From the NCBI RefSeq assembly GCF_006345805.1, contig NC_043002.1:13454001-13518000 (forward strand): a stretch of DNA of 64,000 nt, given 5' to 3'. The position numbers were made by a program, and so were the translations under genes. Below the pieces are notes generated by a model. The model saw only the letters and a program-made list of their open reading frames with translations, searched no databases and had not been told where the DNA came from. Positions 1-13,834 of this stretch are shown here, piece by piece (the stretch's first letter is position 1; every line of letters starts with the position of its first letter). The stretch comes from Octopus sinensis. Its lineage: Eukaryota.

Positions 1-82
1 AAAGTCACTTCACTCCGAAGCTATCACCCCCCCCTCAACTAATAAATTTATAAGACTTAACATAATGTAGTTTAACTCGTAC

Positions 83-206
83 CTCTTTCTAAATGCCAAA
101 ACCAATACAGGTACAACATCGATTTTCCGGAACCTTTGGCTCCACAGTCTTTCTGGGTTATTGATTTTGCCAAACCAGGTGCAGTTACTTTGGTCCGCGT
201 AAACAC
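83..206 (-). CDS. Candidate exon C of an unidentified minus-strand gene (GVYADQSNCTWFGKINNPERLWSQRFRKIDVVPVLVLAFRK)
   Basis: AG at 208-207 (weak pyrimidine tract), donor AAGAG|gtacga at 82-81, open frame, phase 1 to phase 2. Peptide is paralogous to 15966-16062. An alternative acceptor at 243-242 would be phase 2. Confidence 0.5.
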
Positions 207-513
207 CTATTAAGCTTACTTTAATAATTAATTGAAAGGATCTGTAAATTAATGCAGTCAACATAATATAAAGCACCTATTAAATTTACCTAAGTGAAAT
301 ACAGGTAAGTTAGTGTGGAATATAAGTGGTTCTATATCATCAGTGTCCGAAAAGTCGATGTTTACCTCTACTTTCTGTTAGACCATAGATACTACATGGT
401 CAGTCACTCAACCAATATTTAAAATATTGTATGCAAACGACTTGTAAGTTCTGGAGAAAATAATGCTAAGTGTACTCACTAATTGGTACAAAAGCAGTAA
501 TCTTGTGTGTCAA

Positions 514-780
514 CGTCACCGTGACCGACCAGGCTATCAGATGTTGCTACACATCGCTGGTCACAATGCACTTTGCATTGTTTTAGCCTTCAAATGACGC
601 CACCCCGCAGGCCAACAGAAGAAAGTTGTGGCGAAAGAGTACAGCAAGGATCGCCACCACCCCCTGTCGGAGCCTCGTGGAGCTTTATGTGTTTTCGCTC
701 AATAAACACTCACAACGCCCGGTCTGGGAATCGAAACCGCGAGTCCGCTGCCCTAACCACTAGGCCATTGCGCCTCTACT
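514..780 (-). mobile_element. tRNA-derived SINE, type E (Arg-like head, ...GGTCGGTCACG tail)
   Basis: Reverse complement matches 30099-30391; head GAGGCGCAATGGCCTAGTGGTTAGGGCAGCGGACTCG. Confidence 0.85.
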
Positions 781-1297
781 TGTGTGTCGATGTAAATTTA
801 GTTAATCTCACTACCAAATACTACATAAGAATGATCGAGAGAAGTTTCAAAAGTCGCTAATAAAACCCAGCTTTATCTTTCTGAAATGAAGAGGAACACT
901 CCAACTTTTTCAAGCTACATATAGAAATTTAAGAACAAGATATAACAATCCATTTGTATAAATTGAACTAAAACAAGGCATGCGTCACTTGTTTAGTGAT
1001 TTGCAACCCGTGTTAGAAATTTTTCATTATAAATTAACGTAAATACCGAACTAATTAATATTTCGTGTTTGGATTTGGTTTGCAAGATTCTTTATGAGTT
1101 CGTGTGTTGAAGCATATTCTGTTGTGTCTGGGGAGAGTCAAGACTATTGAAAAGGTTGCAAGACGCAACGAAAATTTTAGGAAAATAAAAATAAGAAAAA
1201 AGTGGAAATTTTACCAGTGAGTGTGTTAAATAATAAGGCACTAAAAGAGAACGACTCTCCCCAGACACGACAGAACTAATTAATATTATTATTATTA

Positions 1298-1500
1298 AAG
1301 CGGCGAACCGAACTGGCAGAATCGTTACTACGCTGGTAAAAAATACTTAGCGGCATTTCTGAGCTCAAATGCCCCCGGAGTCAACTTTGTCATCATTTTG
1401 GGGTCGATAAGTATCAGTTGAGCTGTAGGGGGAAGGGGGCTTGATGTAATCGATTTACTCACCCGAACTTCCTAGCTTTGTACCTAAATCTGACACCATT
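1298..1500 (+). mobile_element. SINE family A, degenerate
   Basis: Decayed match to the GGCGGCGAGCTGGCAGAA...GAGTTCAAAT...GGGGTCGATAA consensus. Confidence 0.75.
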
Positions 1501-1792
1501 ATTTTTATTATTAATTATTATGTATAGATTTTGATATAGTGAGGTAAGTTTATTTACTTTTAAGCTTTCAACAGTAGAAGCAATAAGTGAGGTAGGAGGA
1601 AAGACGTCATGAGTGAGAGTGAGAGATAGATGGGAGTAACATCGGTCATGTGAAGGAGGCGGGGCAGAAACGCAAAGCAGTGGCGCTGTTAAAATTGTGG
1701 AATTTTACTTGACGTAATTCTGTTATATAAAGAATGAATTAATTCAGTGAATGATATCAGTTCAGTTTTTCTTCTATGAAACAAAAAGTTAC

Positions 1793-1858
1793 CAATCTTG
1801 TGGCTCAACACTGATAAATAACTACGAGAAAGACTTGACCTTTCAACGTAGAAAACGA
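1793..1858 (-). CDS. Candidate exon B (VFYVERSSLSRSYLSVLSHKI)
   Basis: Acceptor tttgttgtttttag|, donor ATTG|gtaact, 66 nt. Only the phase 1-1 frame is open, which fits exons A and C. Confidence 0.4.
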
Positions 1859-2249
1859 CTAAAAACAACAAATGTATGAAAAAATATTGAATTATCGAAA
1901 CAAAACTAAAACAGAATTACTTCAACGAGGGAGCAAAGAAAAAACAGCGGAATTAGACAAGGAAAGAGGTGGGTGATAGCGGGTAACTGGTTGTACATCT
2001 CAGTTCAAATCGTGTATTCAGCTGCGCCTCTCGGACATAACTGCACAGGCGTTGCCGCGGAGAATGGTCAGCGGCGCTCGCTGAAACTGTCACTCCAGCT
2101 CGTCGGGTTCATTTCTCAGACTGTCATTCCGATTTCGCAAAGGAAAATAGCAGAGCACTCTGAAATTTTCACCAAATGCAGACATGATCAATAAATTTAT
2201 ACCTGGCCAATTTTAAATGAAACTATGAAATCTGATCGTGCGTAAACTA

Positions 2250-2330
2250 GGATCTTTACCTTTTGACCGGCAGATGAAGAAAATATTTTTTTGTAACTAA
2301 ACATTTTCAAATTTCGTATACTGGCAGAAT
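2250..2330 (-). mobile_element. Terminal fragment of the Merlin-like MITE
   Basis: Reverse complement matches 45210-45294 and ends in AAAGATCC. Confidence 0.65.
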
Positions 2331-2384
2331 GTGTCATATAAAATATCTTTTACTCTTAACATTTTAAAGAAAAGTTTATGTTTA

Positions 2385-2488
2385 TATATATGTATGTATA
2401 TATATATATTTATATTTATGTATATATATAATATATATATTTATATGTATGTATATATATATATATATATATATTTATATTTATGTAT

Positions 2489-2530
<42 letters not shown>

Positions 2531-2713
2531 CGTATATATATTTATATATATACGTATGTATATATATACGTATGTATATGTATGTATATATATACGTATA
2601 TATATTTATATATATATATATGTATGTATATATATATATATATATATACGTATGTATATGTATGTATATATATATACGTATGTATATGTATGTATATATA
2701 TATACGTATGTAT

Positions 2714-2750
<37 letters not shown>
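2385..2750. repeat. Compound (TA)n/(TATG)n microsatellite
   Basis: Directly visible. Confidence 0.95.
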
Positions 2751-2751
<1 letters not shown>

Positions 2752-2756
<5 letters not shown>

Positions 2757-2870
2757 CTGTTCCCTGCCACTGCTTGACAACCGATGTTGGTGTGTTTATG
2801 TCCCCGTAACTAGGGATTCGGCAAAAGAGTCCGATAGAATAAGTACCAGGCTTTAAAAAGCAAAGCAAGG
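2752..2870 (+). mobile_element. SINE family C, 3' part
   Basis: GCTTGACAACCGATGTTGGTGTGTTTATGTCCCCGTAAC, shared with 42670-42830. Confidence 0.8.
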
Positions 2871-3334
2871 AAAAATGTATTTGGATCGCTTGATCCGACT
2901 AAAATTAGACGGCCGCAGTCTAATGAAAGAAACAAGTGAAAGATGAATGAGGAATATTTATTTGAGGCCAGTCAAACGGAATTTTTTGGAATGTTCTGAA
3001 AAATCTGGGATATGTCTAGCATTTGAAATGCTCTTGAGGTCTCTTGCTGCATGTTACACGAACATGCGGTTTTTTAGTGGTTGAGCTGATGGTATTTCTT
3101 GATAGTACATTGGCAAGATTGGCACAATTCCACTGAAGGTTATTTTCTAGAACAAATTTGGCGTGATATTTCAATGGTTTGTGTGTATGATGCTTAGATG
3201 TAACAAGGATGGTGGTTTCATTTGCGCAGAAGTGATTGTTTGGAATTCACGGTTAAATAGATGGAAAAGTACGTGGAACTTAGGCATTTACAAAAACAAA
3301 TGCATCGATGTGTGTGCGTGCATGTCTATGTATG

Positions 3335-3660
3335 TGAAGGCGCGTGGCTTAGTGGTTAGGGGGCATTCGGCTCATGATCGTAAGGTCGTGAATTCGATTC
3401 CCGGCGGCGCGTTGTGTCCTTGAACAAGATACTTTATTTCACGTTGCTCCAGTTCACTCAGCTGGCAAAAATGAGTAGTACCTGTATTTCAAAGGGTCAG
3501 CCTTGTCACACTCTGTGTCTCGCTGAATCTCTCTGAGAACTACGTTAAGGGTACACGTGTTTGTGGAGTGCTCAGCCACTTACACGTTAATTTCACGAGC
3601 AAGCTGTTCCGTTGATCGTATCAGCTGGGACCCTCGTCGTCGCAACCGACGGAGTGCTCC
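3335..3660 (+). mobile_element. tRNA-derived SINE type B (CORE-like centre, RTE-like tail)
   Basis: A box GGCTTAGTGG, B box GAATTCGATTCC, central CCTTGAACAAGATACTT, 3' end identical in type to 40190-40372. Confidence 0.85.
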
Positions 3661-4279
3661 TTATGTATGTGTGTGTATGTATATATATATGTGCGTATGT
3701 ATGCATGTATGTACATATGTATGTATGTATGTGTGTATATGTATGCATGTATGTATGTGCATCCTTTGCACGTTTTTACGTTTGCCCCCCTCCTCACTCC
3801 ACTTAACCTGTGTTCTTTCGTTCACGTCTTTATAACGTAATTGTTCGGCAACAAGAAATCCGAGAGAGTAAATACCATACTTAAGTACGTGGGTAAAGGA
3901 TGGATTTGCTCAACTAAACTCTTCAAGCCAGCGACTTAGCATAGCCGCGGCAGTCAAATGAAGAATGACAAAATAACTCTTTAATAATTGCACGAACATA
4001 CGCAGCCTAGTTAAAGGAAACGTAAGAACACAAAAGAAAGATCTTGTTATCTCTCTTCTACATTCAACCAATGTCAGAAACCCGGTCGCAAAACAATATT
4101 TCTGCAACTTTTATAATTTTACCCCCCCCCCCACTCCTGGACATAAATATAGAAAAACGTCCAATCCAAATTCAATCAAAATCTATTACTGCGCGCTCTT
4201 AAACGTCAAGTAAACCACAGACATAAATTTTGTGCGTAATTGAAATATACGGGAACATAGACAGGCTTGCTAGAAAGTA

Positions 4280-4410
4280 TTGGCTTGTCCGGAAAGTTCG
4301 TGCCGATTTATAGTAGCTTACCTTTCGACATTATTTTAGAACATGGTTGAGTCTATAAAATAGGATTTGACTACACCTCCATTTAGAGCACAATTTAAGC
4401 TATCTTTCGT
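4280..4410 (+). mobile_element. Mariner left end, truncated at the RTE junction
   Basis: TA plus TIR TTGGCTTGTCCGGAAAGTTCGTGCCGATTT; same family as 15164-15715. Confidence 0.85.
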
Positions 4411-7210
4411 TGGGGCTGGAACTTCCAACAGTAATGGTTTGCAACTGTTACAAATGTGCGTAGAGATGGATTTGTGTGTCATGAATACAATGTTTCGACT
4501 AACGAATAAGTATAAAACGGCATGGAAACGAGATAATAGGGACTTTGCTATTGTACGAGTGATGCGGGATGCAGAGGATGACCATAGGCTTTCGCATGCC
4601 GAGTTCAATTTTGTTGTCAAGCCTATACTTTAGAGCAAATAATGACAAATTACCTAAACGGATTGACGTCAATAAACTTAAGACTCCGTCAGTACGCAGT
4701 GAGTTTGTGTGTGAGATACATGATTTGTCCTGTGATGGAAGCTGGAAGTCATTCAAAGAAAGAGTGTACGAGATTTGTAGTAACATTCTTGTCTTTGTTG
4801 TAAAAAAACACCAAGATTGGTTTGACGATAATGATGAAGTTAATCTTATCTTAGAAGAGAAGCGGAATGCTTTTAACATGTTGCAAAACGCTGACATGTC
4901 AACAAACAGGACAGTGGCTACATATTTTAAGGCTGTAAAAGCAGCAGTGCAGAGGAAGCTACAGATGATGAAGGAAAACTGGTGGAGTGATAGATGCGAT
5001 GAAATCCAAGAAGCTTCAAATGCTAGCAATTCCCAACTTTTTTACTCTCTCTTGAAAGAAGTTTTTAGATCAGTTTCATCAAAGGTTGCGCCGCTTCGGA
5101 GCAAGGATGGCACAGAATTATTAACAAATCCTAAAGATATTGTTGGGAGATGGAAAGAATATTTTCATGAGTTGCTCAATAGACGCACTGAAGTTGATCT
5201 CTCCTTTCTTGATAATATACCCGAGAGACCAATAAAACATCTTGTAGCAGAAGTTCCAAACCTGGCTGAAATAAAAGCAGCAATCAGGAAATTGAACAAT
5301 GGAAAGGCCCCTGGTATGGATGGACTAGGTGCATAGAAATATAAATATGGTGGTGGTCATCTTTGTGCAATGTTGACGGATGTGATTCAGAAAGTTTTGC
5401 AAAGTGAAGGGACTCCCCCGGATTGGCGTGATGCAACTATAGAGATATTATATAAATCTAAAGTGGAAAGGATATCTGTCATAATTATCGTGGCATCTGT
5501 CTGTTAGCTGTTGCTGGAAATGTCCTCTGTAGGGTAATACTGGATTGATTCCTTCTGCACATAGCTGATAATGTTCAACCAGAATGGCAATGTGGGTTTA
5601 CGGATAGTAGTAGTACTATGGATATGATATTTTCAGCTAGACAGTTGCAAGAGACGTGCATCGAACAGGATATGGACTTATACAAGGTTTTCATTGACCT
5701 AACAAAAGCGTTTGATTCTATCAATAGAATTGCACTTTGGGAGATCCTAAAAAACTAGGATGCCCTGAAAACTTCGTGAGAATGCTTAGGCAATTTCATG
5801 ACAAGATGGAGTTAATGTTGGAGGTACCTTATCAGATCCAATGTCTATTGAAAATGGTGTAAAGCAAGGTGATATTCCTGCTCCTACGCTGTTTGCTATA
5901 TATTTCGCAATAGTCTTTCAAATAGCTTTTAAAGATTGCCCTGAAGGGGTCTATATAAGATATAGGACAACAGGAAAACTGTTCAATTTCAAAAGGCTCT
6001 GTGCCAAAACGAAAGTTCTGCATTCTCACCTTGTTGAGTTTCTGTAGGCAGATGATTGTGACCTGTTGGCACATTCTCAGAAAGATATGCAGTACACTGT
6101 GAATGCGAAAAAAAAATGTTATAATGTACCAACCCGATCCCTCCAAGATGTATGTGGAACCTTTTATGACTGTGAATGGTCAAAGGTTGGAGACTGTACC
6201 TAGATTTATTTATTTAGGAAGTACCTTGAGCACTGCTGGTCTTGATGAAATTTTATACAGAATCAGCAAGGCTAGTAGTGATTTTGGTAGGCTTCATTGG
6301 CGTCTGTGGAAACAACATAATATATCTTCACAAATTAAAGTGAAGGTATATAACACATGCGTCCTCCCATTTTTGCCAAATGGAAGTGAGGCATGGGTTG
6401 TTTACCGTAGGCAGGTAAGGCAATTGGAACGATTTCATCAAGATTGTCTGAGAAAAATTCTGGGGGATAAACTGGAAAATGGCCAATAGTAATGTGGAGG
6501 TGCTTGAGAGGAGTGGCAGTAGAAGTATAAAGTCAATGATTTTGCAAAGACGTTTGAGGTGGAGGGACATTTGGTAAGGATGAGTGATGAGCGACTGCCC
6601 AAGCAGCTATTGTATGGTGATCTGGAAGATGGCAGGAGACCAGCGCATAAGCCTAAACTAAGGTTTAAGGATTGCTTTTAAAATGCTCTTATAAGGACAG
6701 TTATTGCAGCTGATAATTGAGAAAGGGAGGCACAAGACCGTGCTGGATGCATGATGTTTGAGAGGGAGAGAGTGAAGTATAAGAGAATAAGGAGGGGGCT
6801 TAGAAGGGGGGGGGTGAACCTGTGGAAAGTGAGAGAGTGTTGCTTTTTATGTGTGGTTTGTGGGCTGAGGTATTTGAATCGTGCAGGCCTGGTGAGTCAT
6901 TAAAATTCTCAAAGAAATCGACTCATGATAAACAATGATTTGGCTATTAAAATTCATAACAGAATGTGTGTAAAATGTGGAAGGGTTTGCCTCTCAGTTG
7001 GAGGTCTAAAAAGACATGTTAAGAGAGTGCATATGGTGGCACCTGTTTCTCCTGCCAACCAGCACAGTTGTCTAGTATGTAATAAAATGTGTAAAAGCTT
7101 GGCCGGACTTAAAGATCATATAAGGGCATCACATGGCATCAATCATGAATCATTTCAATAAGTCTTCTTGGCAATGGCTTTTCTCGTGTAACGAGGATGC
7201 AGCTGCTGCT
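4411..7210 (+). mobile_element. RTE-clade LINE, 5'-truncated and decayed, with three C-terminal C2H2 fingers
   Basis: End of APE domain (NSNGLQLL..NTMF), NGKAPGMDG, FIDLTKAFD, GVKQGD, YADD mutated to *ADD (6045), YLGS, then fingers at about 6850, 6967 and 7069, and a short 3' UTR. Confidence 0.92.
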
Positions 7211-7213
7211 GTG

Positions 7214-7266
<53 letters not shown>

Positions 7267-7726
7267 ATATATATATGTATACTTAGTATGTCTAGCATTG
7301 ATAAATATAAATATACTTAGTTAAATAGATTGTTTACTTTGTGTGTGAGAGTGTGTGTGTGGTGGGGTGAGTGCAGTTGTACCAGCAGCTTATTCACCGT
7401 ATACGTTTAGGGGAACTTTACTACATAAAATCTTTGTCTCGGGGTAAGATATTTTCGTGAACTTTCTCCCTAATCCTTACAATGCATTTTACACACACAA
7501 ATTCACACACACACACACACACACACAACATATATAAACGCATACATGTGTAGGTATAAGTACGTACGTAGGCAGTTTATACAAACACGCATACATATGC
7601 CTTAAAAAGACACATAATACTTATATAAGTGTATATACACGCATAAGAATATGCGTGTGTTTGTGTGTGTGTGTCTATTTTACATTGTTGACATAAATAA
7701 CGGAGGTTCTTAGAGAGGCTTTTTGA

Positions 7727-7789
7727 CATCTTAATATGTTGCATCTTAATATGTTGCATCTTAATATGTTGCATCTTAATATGTTGCAT
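7727..7789. repeat. 15-bp tandem repeat CATCTTAATATGTTG x4
   Basis: Directly visible. Confidence 0.95.
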
Positions 7790-7901
7790 TATGATTCGTT
7801 ATGCCCAACCCTTAAACACACACACACACGTGCGTGCACATATGCATGTATACATACGCATAAAATATGTATACGTCTCTTTCTCTTTCTCTCTCTTTTT
7901 G

Positions 7902-7980
<79 letters not shown>

Positions 7981-8040
7981 GTATAAACATACACACACAC
8001 AACAAACATATACATACATATATGTATGTATGTATGTATG

Positions 8041-8077
<37 letters not shown>

Positions 8078-8150
8078 TAATAATAATAATCCTTTCTTTT
8101 ATAGGCATAAGGCCTGAAATATTGGAGGTGGGACTAGTTCATTATATCAA

Positions 8151-8227
8151 CTGATGACGACGACGACGACGATGATGATGATTATCATTATTATTATCAT
8201 GACGATGACGACGAGGACAATGACGAC

Positions 8228-8258
<31 letters not shown>

Positions 8259-8822
8259 GTGATGGTGATGATGACGACGACGATGAGGATGATGATGATG
8301 AGGATGAGGATGACGTTGATGATGATGATGATGATGATGATGAGGATGATGATGACGTTGATGATGATGATGAGGATGATGATGAGGATGATGATGATGA
8401 CGTCGATGAAGATGATGATGATGATGATGATGATAATGAGGATGATGACGACGACGACGACGATGATAATGAGGATGACGTTGATGATGATGATGATGAT
8501 GATGATGATGACGTTGATGAGGATTATTATTATTATTATTATTATGACGATGACGACGACGACGACGACGATGATGATAATGATGACGACGATGATGATG
8601 ATAATGATGCTGATGACGTCGATGATGATGATGATGATGAGGAGGATGAGGGTGAGGACGACGACGACGATGATGACGAGGATGACGTTGATGATGATGA
8701 TGAGGATGATGATGATGACGTTGATGAAGATGATGAGGATGATGATGACGTTGATGATGATGACGTTGATGATGATGATGACGTGGATGAGAATGACGAT
8801 AATGAGGATGATGACGTTGGTC
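8151..8822. repeat. Degenerate (GAT/GAC/GAG)n trinucleotide tract
   Basis: Directly visible; preceded by (CTAT)n at 7893-7981 and (AAT)n at 8043-8090. Confidence 0.95.
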
Positions 8823-9259
8823 ATGATGATAACAGTAGTATTAGATATTGGTGCCAGGCTAACAGTTTTAGCGGCAAAGAACCAGCGAGAAGCAGTGAAA
8901 CAAGAAGACGAAGAAGAAGAAAACTAGCCGCGTTGTACCGTGCACACAAAAAAGAGCAACAATATGTTGATTGTGCAACAGTTTCCCACCCAGGAAATAT
9001 GATATAACGATTCTGGGACGGTACTGTGCATAGAAACACGAAAACATGGTTACCAGAATATCTTCAAAGAAACAAAATATAAAAAACATAAAAACAAAAC
9101 AAAACAAAACAAGTAATAGATATCTTGTGTTCTTCAGACAATTTTTTGACATAAAAGAAGTTGGAAGAAAGATTTTCGAAATATGAATGTTTTAGAAATA
9201 AAAATAGAAAAATTTTCAGTACAACACAATCTCCATAGAAACAGGAAGTAGTGGTGAAG

Positions 9260-9260
9260 A

Positions 9261-9295
<35 letters not shown>

Positions 9296-9518
9296 TGTAT
9301 ATACACATGTATGTATGTATATATACATATATATATACATATATGTATATATATGTATACACACATATATACATCCACAAACAAACGCGTGTATGTATAC
9401 ATACACACACATACATACAAACATATATATAGATATATATGTATGTATGTGTGTGTATGTGTATGTGTATGTGTGTATGTATAATGTGTGTGTATGTATA
9501 CATATATACGCGCGTGTG

Positions 9519-9550
<32 letters not shown>

Positions 9551-9622
9551 CATATATATATAGATATATGTCTATATGTATAAATATATGTATGTATGTA
9601 TATATGTATATATATATGTATG

Positions 9623-9654
<32 letters not shown>

Positions 9655-9662
9655 ATATATTA

Positions 9663-9693
<31 letters not shown>

Positions 9694-9907
9694 ATATGTA
9701 TATATATATAATATATATATGTATAGATATATATGTGTGTGTGTATATATATATATATGTGTGTGTGTATATGTATGAAACAAGCAATAAAGATTAAAGA
9801 TACTAAGCCCCCCCCCCCTTCATATCAAGAAATTAGGGAAAAAAATAGTAATAAAATTTGGTAAGACATAAAGAAAAAGATATTTCTCTACACAAGAGAG
9901 AAAGAGA

Positions 9908-9953
<46 letters not shown>

Positions 9954-9962
9954 GAGAGAGAG
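9260..9962. repeat. Compound (TA)n/(TG)n and (GA)n microsatellites
   Basis: Directly visible. Confidence 0.9.
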
Positions 9963-10133
9963 AAAAGAAAGGCCGTATATGAAATCATTAAAAACTATAA
10001 ACAGTAAGTGTACAATCAATATTCAAGATACAAATATATATGAAAAGCCCACTGATACATTAATATATTAATAACAGATGCACCCTAACCAAATCTGCAG
10101 CACTATTGTTTTGTCAATATCCAATAATTATGT

Positions 10134-10985
10134 GGCTGCGAGCTGGCAGAAACGTTAGCACGCCGGGCGATAATGCTTAGAGGTATTTCGTCCGCCGTTA
10201 CGTTCTGAGTTCAAATTCCTCCGAGGTCGACTTTGCCTTTCATCCTTTCGGGGTCGATAAATTAAGTGCTAGTTACGCACTGGTGTCGATGTAATCGACT
10301 TAATCCCTTTGTCTGTCCTTGTTTGTCCTCTCTATGTTTAGCCCCTCGTGGGTAGTAATGAAATACGTATTTCGTCTGTCTTTAGGTTTCGAGTTCAAAA
10401 TCCGTCGAGATCGTCTTTGTCTTTCATCCTTTAGGGGTTGATAAATTAAGCACCATTTGCATAGTGGTGTCGATCTAATCGACTGGCCCCTTCCCCAGAA
10501 AATTTCCGGGCCTTGTGTCTAGAGTAGAAAAGAATATTATTAGCATCACCAAGGCGGCGAGCTGGCAGAAACGTTAGCACGCCGGACGAAATGCTTAGCG
10601 GTATTTCGTCTGCCGTTACGTTCTGAGTTCAAATTCCGCCGAGGTAGACTTTGCCTTTCATCCTTTCGGGGTCAATAAATTAACTACCAGTTACGCACTG
10701 GGGTCGATTTAATCGACTTAATCCCTTTGTCTGTTTTTGTTTGTGTCCTCTACGTTTAGCCCCTTGTGGGCAATACAGAAATAAGAAACGTTAGCACACC
10801 GGCCGAAATGCTTAGAGATATTTCGTCTGTCTTTACATTCTAAGTTCAAATTCCGCCGAGGTTGACTTTGCTTTTCATCTTTTCAGGGTCTATAAATTAA
10901 GCCCCAGTTGCTTACTGGAGTAGACCTAATCAACTGGCCCCCTCCTCCAAAATTTCGGTCCTTGTGCCTAGACTAGAAAAGAATA
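10134..10985 (+). mobile_element. Two consecutive SINE family A tandem dimers (full copy plus 5'-truncated copy with the alternative AGTAGAAAAGAAT tail)
   Basis: Units at 10134-10538 and 10551-10985; internal junctions at GAAATACGTATTTCG and GAAATAAGAAACG. Confidence 0.9.
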
Positions 10986-11589
10986 TTCAATAATTATAAG
11001 CATAGTCTGGTATATAATGCCGATGACGCATTAATTGGATCATTATGATAATAATAACGATAATCCTTTATACTATTCGGCGCAAGGCATGAACTTTTGG
11101 GGAAGGGTTAGTGGATTACGTCTTGACTGGTACTTGTATAATCGACTCAGCGAAATTTAGGCTCAGAACATTAAAATGGAAGAAATACTGCTAGCTATTT
11201 TGTCCTGCGTGCTAACGGTTCCATCAGTTCGCCGCCTTAGTAGCGGTAATGTAAAGTGAATAAAAACAACGGAGATTGCCCTTTCGGAGCTAAGTTTAAT
11301 ACAAAGGAGGATGGGGTAATGCAAGGTCTCTTTCGCTTTGGCCAGCAACACCAAAGGGGAAATCAGTGCTTTGATTTTCACAGCAAATCTGGATGGTAAT
11401 CTGACCTATCCCATACGTAATAACAGCTGTTCGTCATAAACCCGCAAATCAGCCATGCGCAGACATTGAAAAAACTTTTAGCGGTCGGTCCTTTTTCACC
11501 CTGTGCACATCATCTTAAACAGGCTCTATTGCTGGCGTCTCTAATACAATCTTCCTTATATTTACCCAGAATAGATAAAGCTCACTTAC

Positions 11590-11735
11590 AATAAAGCCAG
11601 GTTAAATTCGTTTGGAAATTATTCAATGTACGACAAGAAACTTCCCCAGCAAAATAAAAAAAGGGCTTTAAATATTCCTCGTTGAAGTCCAGAATCGATC
11701 CAAGTTCATCCTCACTGATGGTTTCTAGCAACCCT
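11590..11735 (-). CDS. Candidate exon A (GLLETISEDELGSILDFNEEYLKPFFYFAGEVSCRTLNNFQTNLTWLY)
   Basis: Acceptor ctaatgatttag|, consensus donor ATT|gtaagt, 146 nt open, phase 2 to phase 1, non-repetitive and protein-like. Confidence 0.55.
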
Positions 11736-12092
11736 CTAAATCATTAGATCCTAATCTTTTGAACAAACCCGCCTCTTTTTGTAGTTGGTTACTGTTTTCG
11801 TGCACACCACACCCACTCCTTAAGCCTCACGCTTTCATTTGAAAGTACTCGTTAAATCATGATAATATTGAAGTGTTAGGTGGTCACCAATAAGAAAGAT
11901 TATTACTTTATCTTCAATAAAGAACAGTTTAAAATTAAAATATGGCGTAAAACTATCTTAAAACAAATAATTTAAAGCAATAAAAATATACTATAAATGC
12001 AATGAACAAAAGGAAAATGTAATAACACAACACCGGGCGGACTAGTTTTAGCAAATATCATATTAGCTTAACACTTGGAAGGATGGGAAAAA

Positions 12093-12128
12093 GTCCTAAA
12101 GTTTCGGACCTTAGTCCTTCATCAAGAG
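12093..12128 (-). ncRNA. Degenerate minimal hammerhead ribozyme motif
   Basis: TTGATGA-A-GGAC(TAAG)GTCC-GAAAC; C3 and stem III are altered. Confidence 0.5.
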
Positions 12129-12446
12129 AAAAGCATAAGTGTGGAAAATAGGGAAAGTGGATGGGTAAAAGGAAGGGGGGAAAAGGATTAGAAGTTAGGA
12201 GCCAGATGATGACATTTCGAAATATTAGACAGACACTTGCTAAAGTATTGTCACCCACTAAAAAGCGATACCCAGCTTATTTGTGGGGCGCACCGCCCTA
12301 GCTGGGAACCGCTGATTAATAGGATGCAAAGGTAGGTCTTCTAATCGGTCTGTTGGTATAAAGTAGTGAGGTCGATGCATACAAAAGAAACAGTATTGAA
12401 TTAAATGCTTACACAAAGCAGGTTTTACAGCCACATCATCCAAACC

Positions 12447-12477
12447 GACCGGGTGAAACCGGGCTTAGCTGCTAGTA
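12447..12477 (+). mobile_element. Terminus of a Helentron-associated (HINE/DINE-1-like) element
   Basis: Hairpin CCGGGTGAAACCGGG followed by GCTGCTAGT, like the ends at 13179 and 48800. Confidence 0.5.
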
Positions 12478-12490
12478 TATATATACATAC

Positions 12491-12633
<143 letters not shown>

Positions 12634-12644
12634 TATATACATAC

Positions 12645-12678
<34 letters not shown>

Positions 12679-13178
12679 GCATGAAATATGGTACGCCGAT
12701 GATTATTGTAATTTAATGCTATTTCAATTTCGTACACCGAGTTTACAGAAAGAACACACACACACACACACACACACACAACACACGCACACACACGCAC
12801 ACACACACACACATATATATGTATGTATGTATATATATATATACATGTTTGTATGTGTGTGTGGATACACGTCTTTTCATTTTCCTTTATTAATGACAAA
12901 ATAAAAGAAAACTACACCATTTCATGAAAAGAATAACAAATTCAATTAGAATTCTTTAGAATTTCACTAATATCCGATTTTAAATCAATGAATTAAACAA
13001 TATTCTATTGATTCTATTGATTAAGCAGCGTAAGCACCAGACTTTAGAAAGATAAGCTCTGTGGGAGAATAGTTCGACTATGAACTATTCAAGGTGGTGC
13101 TCCAGCATGGCCGAAGTCCTATGACTGAAATAAATTAAAGTAAAAGTTAGGAAGTATTGTTTAATGTGTTTATTAACC

Positions 13179-13576
13179 ACTAGCAGTATCGCCCGGCGTT
13201 GCTCGGGTTTGAAAGGGAAATAACTATAAAGCATTTTTAGAGAGTTATAGCCAAAAAATAGCAAAAAATGCATTAAAAATAGAAAAAAATTGATGGTAAT
13301 TTTTTTTAAAAATCGTTGACTCATCGTAGACATTTTTAGAGAGTTACTTCCCTTATATAATAGCGAAAAAATGCATTAAAATGGAAAAAAATTATGGTAA
13401 ATTATTTTTAAAATCGTAGACTCATCGTAGACGCGCGCTAATATCCAGAAGGGCTCGATATGAATCACGACTATAAGATACCCGGTTTTGGTTAAACTGC
13501 ACGGCAAAATGTGGGAGTAGTTAGGAATCTAAATCGTAGGAGACAGACAGACAACTTCTCTTTTATATATAAAGAT
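13179..13576 (-). mobile_element. Helentron-associated non-autonomous element (HINE-like)
   Basis: One end ACTAGCAGTATCGCCCGGCGTTGCTCGGG, other end GACAGACA...TTTTATATATAAAGAT; internal ~100-bp tandem duplication. Confidence 0.65.
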
Positions 13577-13834
13577 ATCTGTGAATAACAAAATTATTAA
13601 GAACATATTTTCTCCACCTTCAGACACTATTAACATGGCGTTTTTAAAGCTTATAAATTTCTTAAACTGGAGGCTACTTTGTGGTAATTGGTTTACATGT
13701 CTTTCCTTGTGAAAGGAAATGCATAGATCCAATCGCACGAGTGGCCGTCTTCCATTAAGGCAAGACTAACACCTCAGAAGTAGGAAAACACTCTTAAATT
13801 GAAGACGCTCTCACTCGGCGGGAATAAAACCCAG

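Noticed and set aside
83-206. P-loop-like GAKGSGKS in another frame of exon C
   Set aside because: The other frame is supported by paralogy with 15966-16062 and by phase compatibility; no preceding hydrophobic strand.
7727-7789. Short direct repeats considered as a CRISPR-like array
   Set aside because: Head-to-tail with no spacers, in a eukaryotic context.
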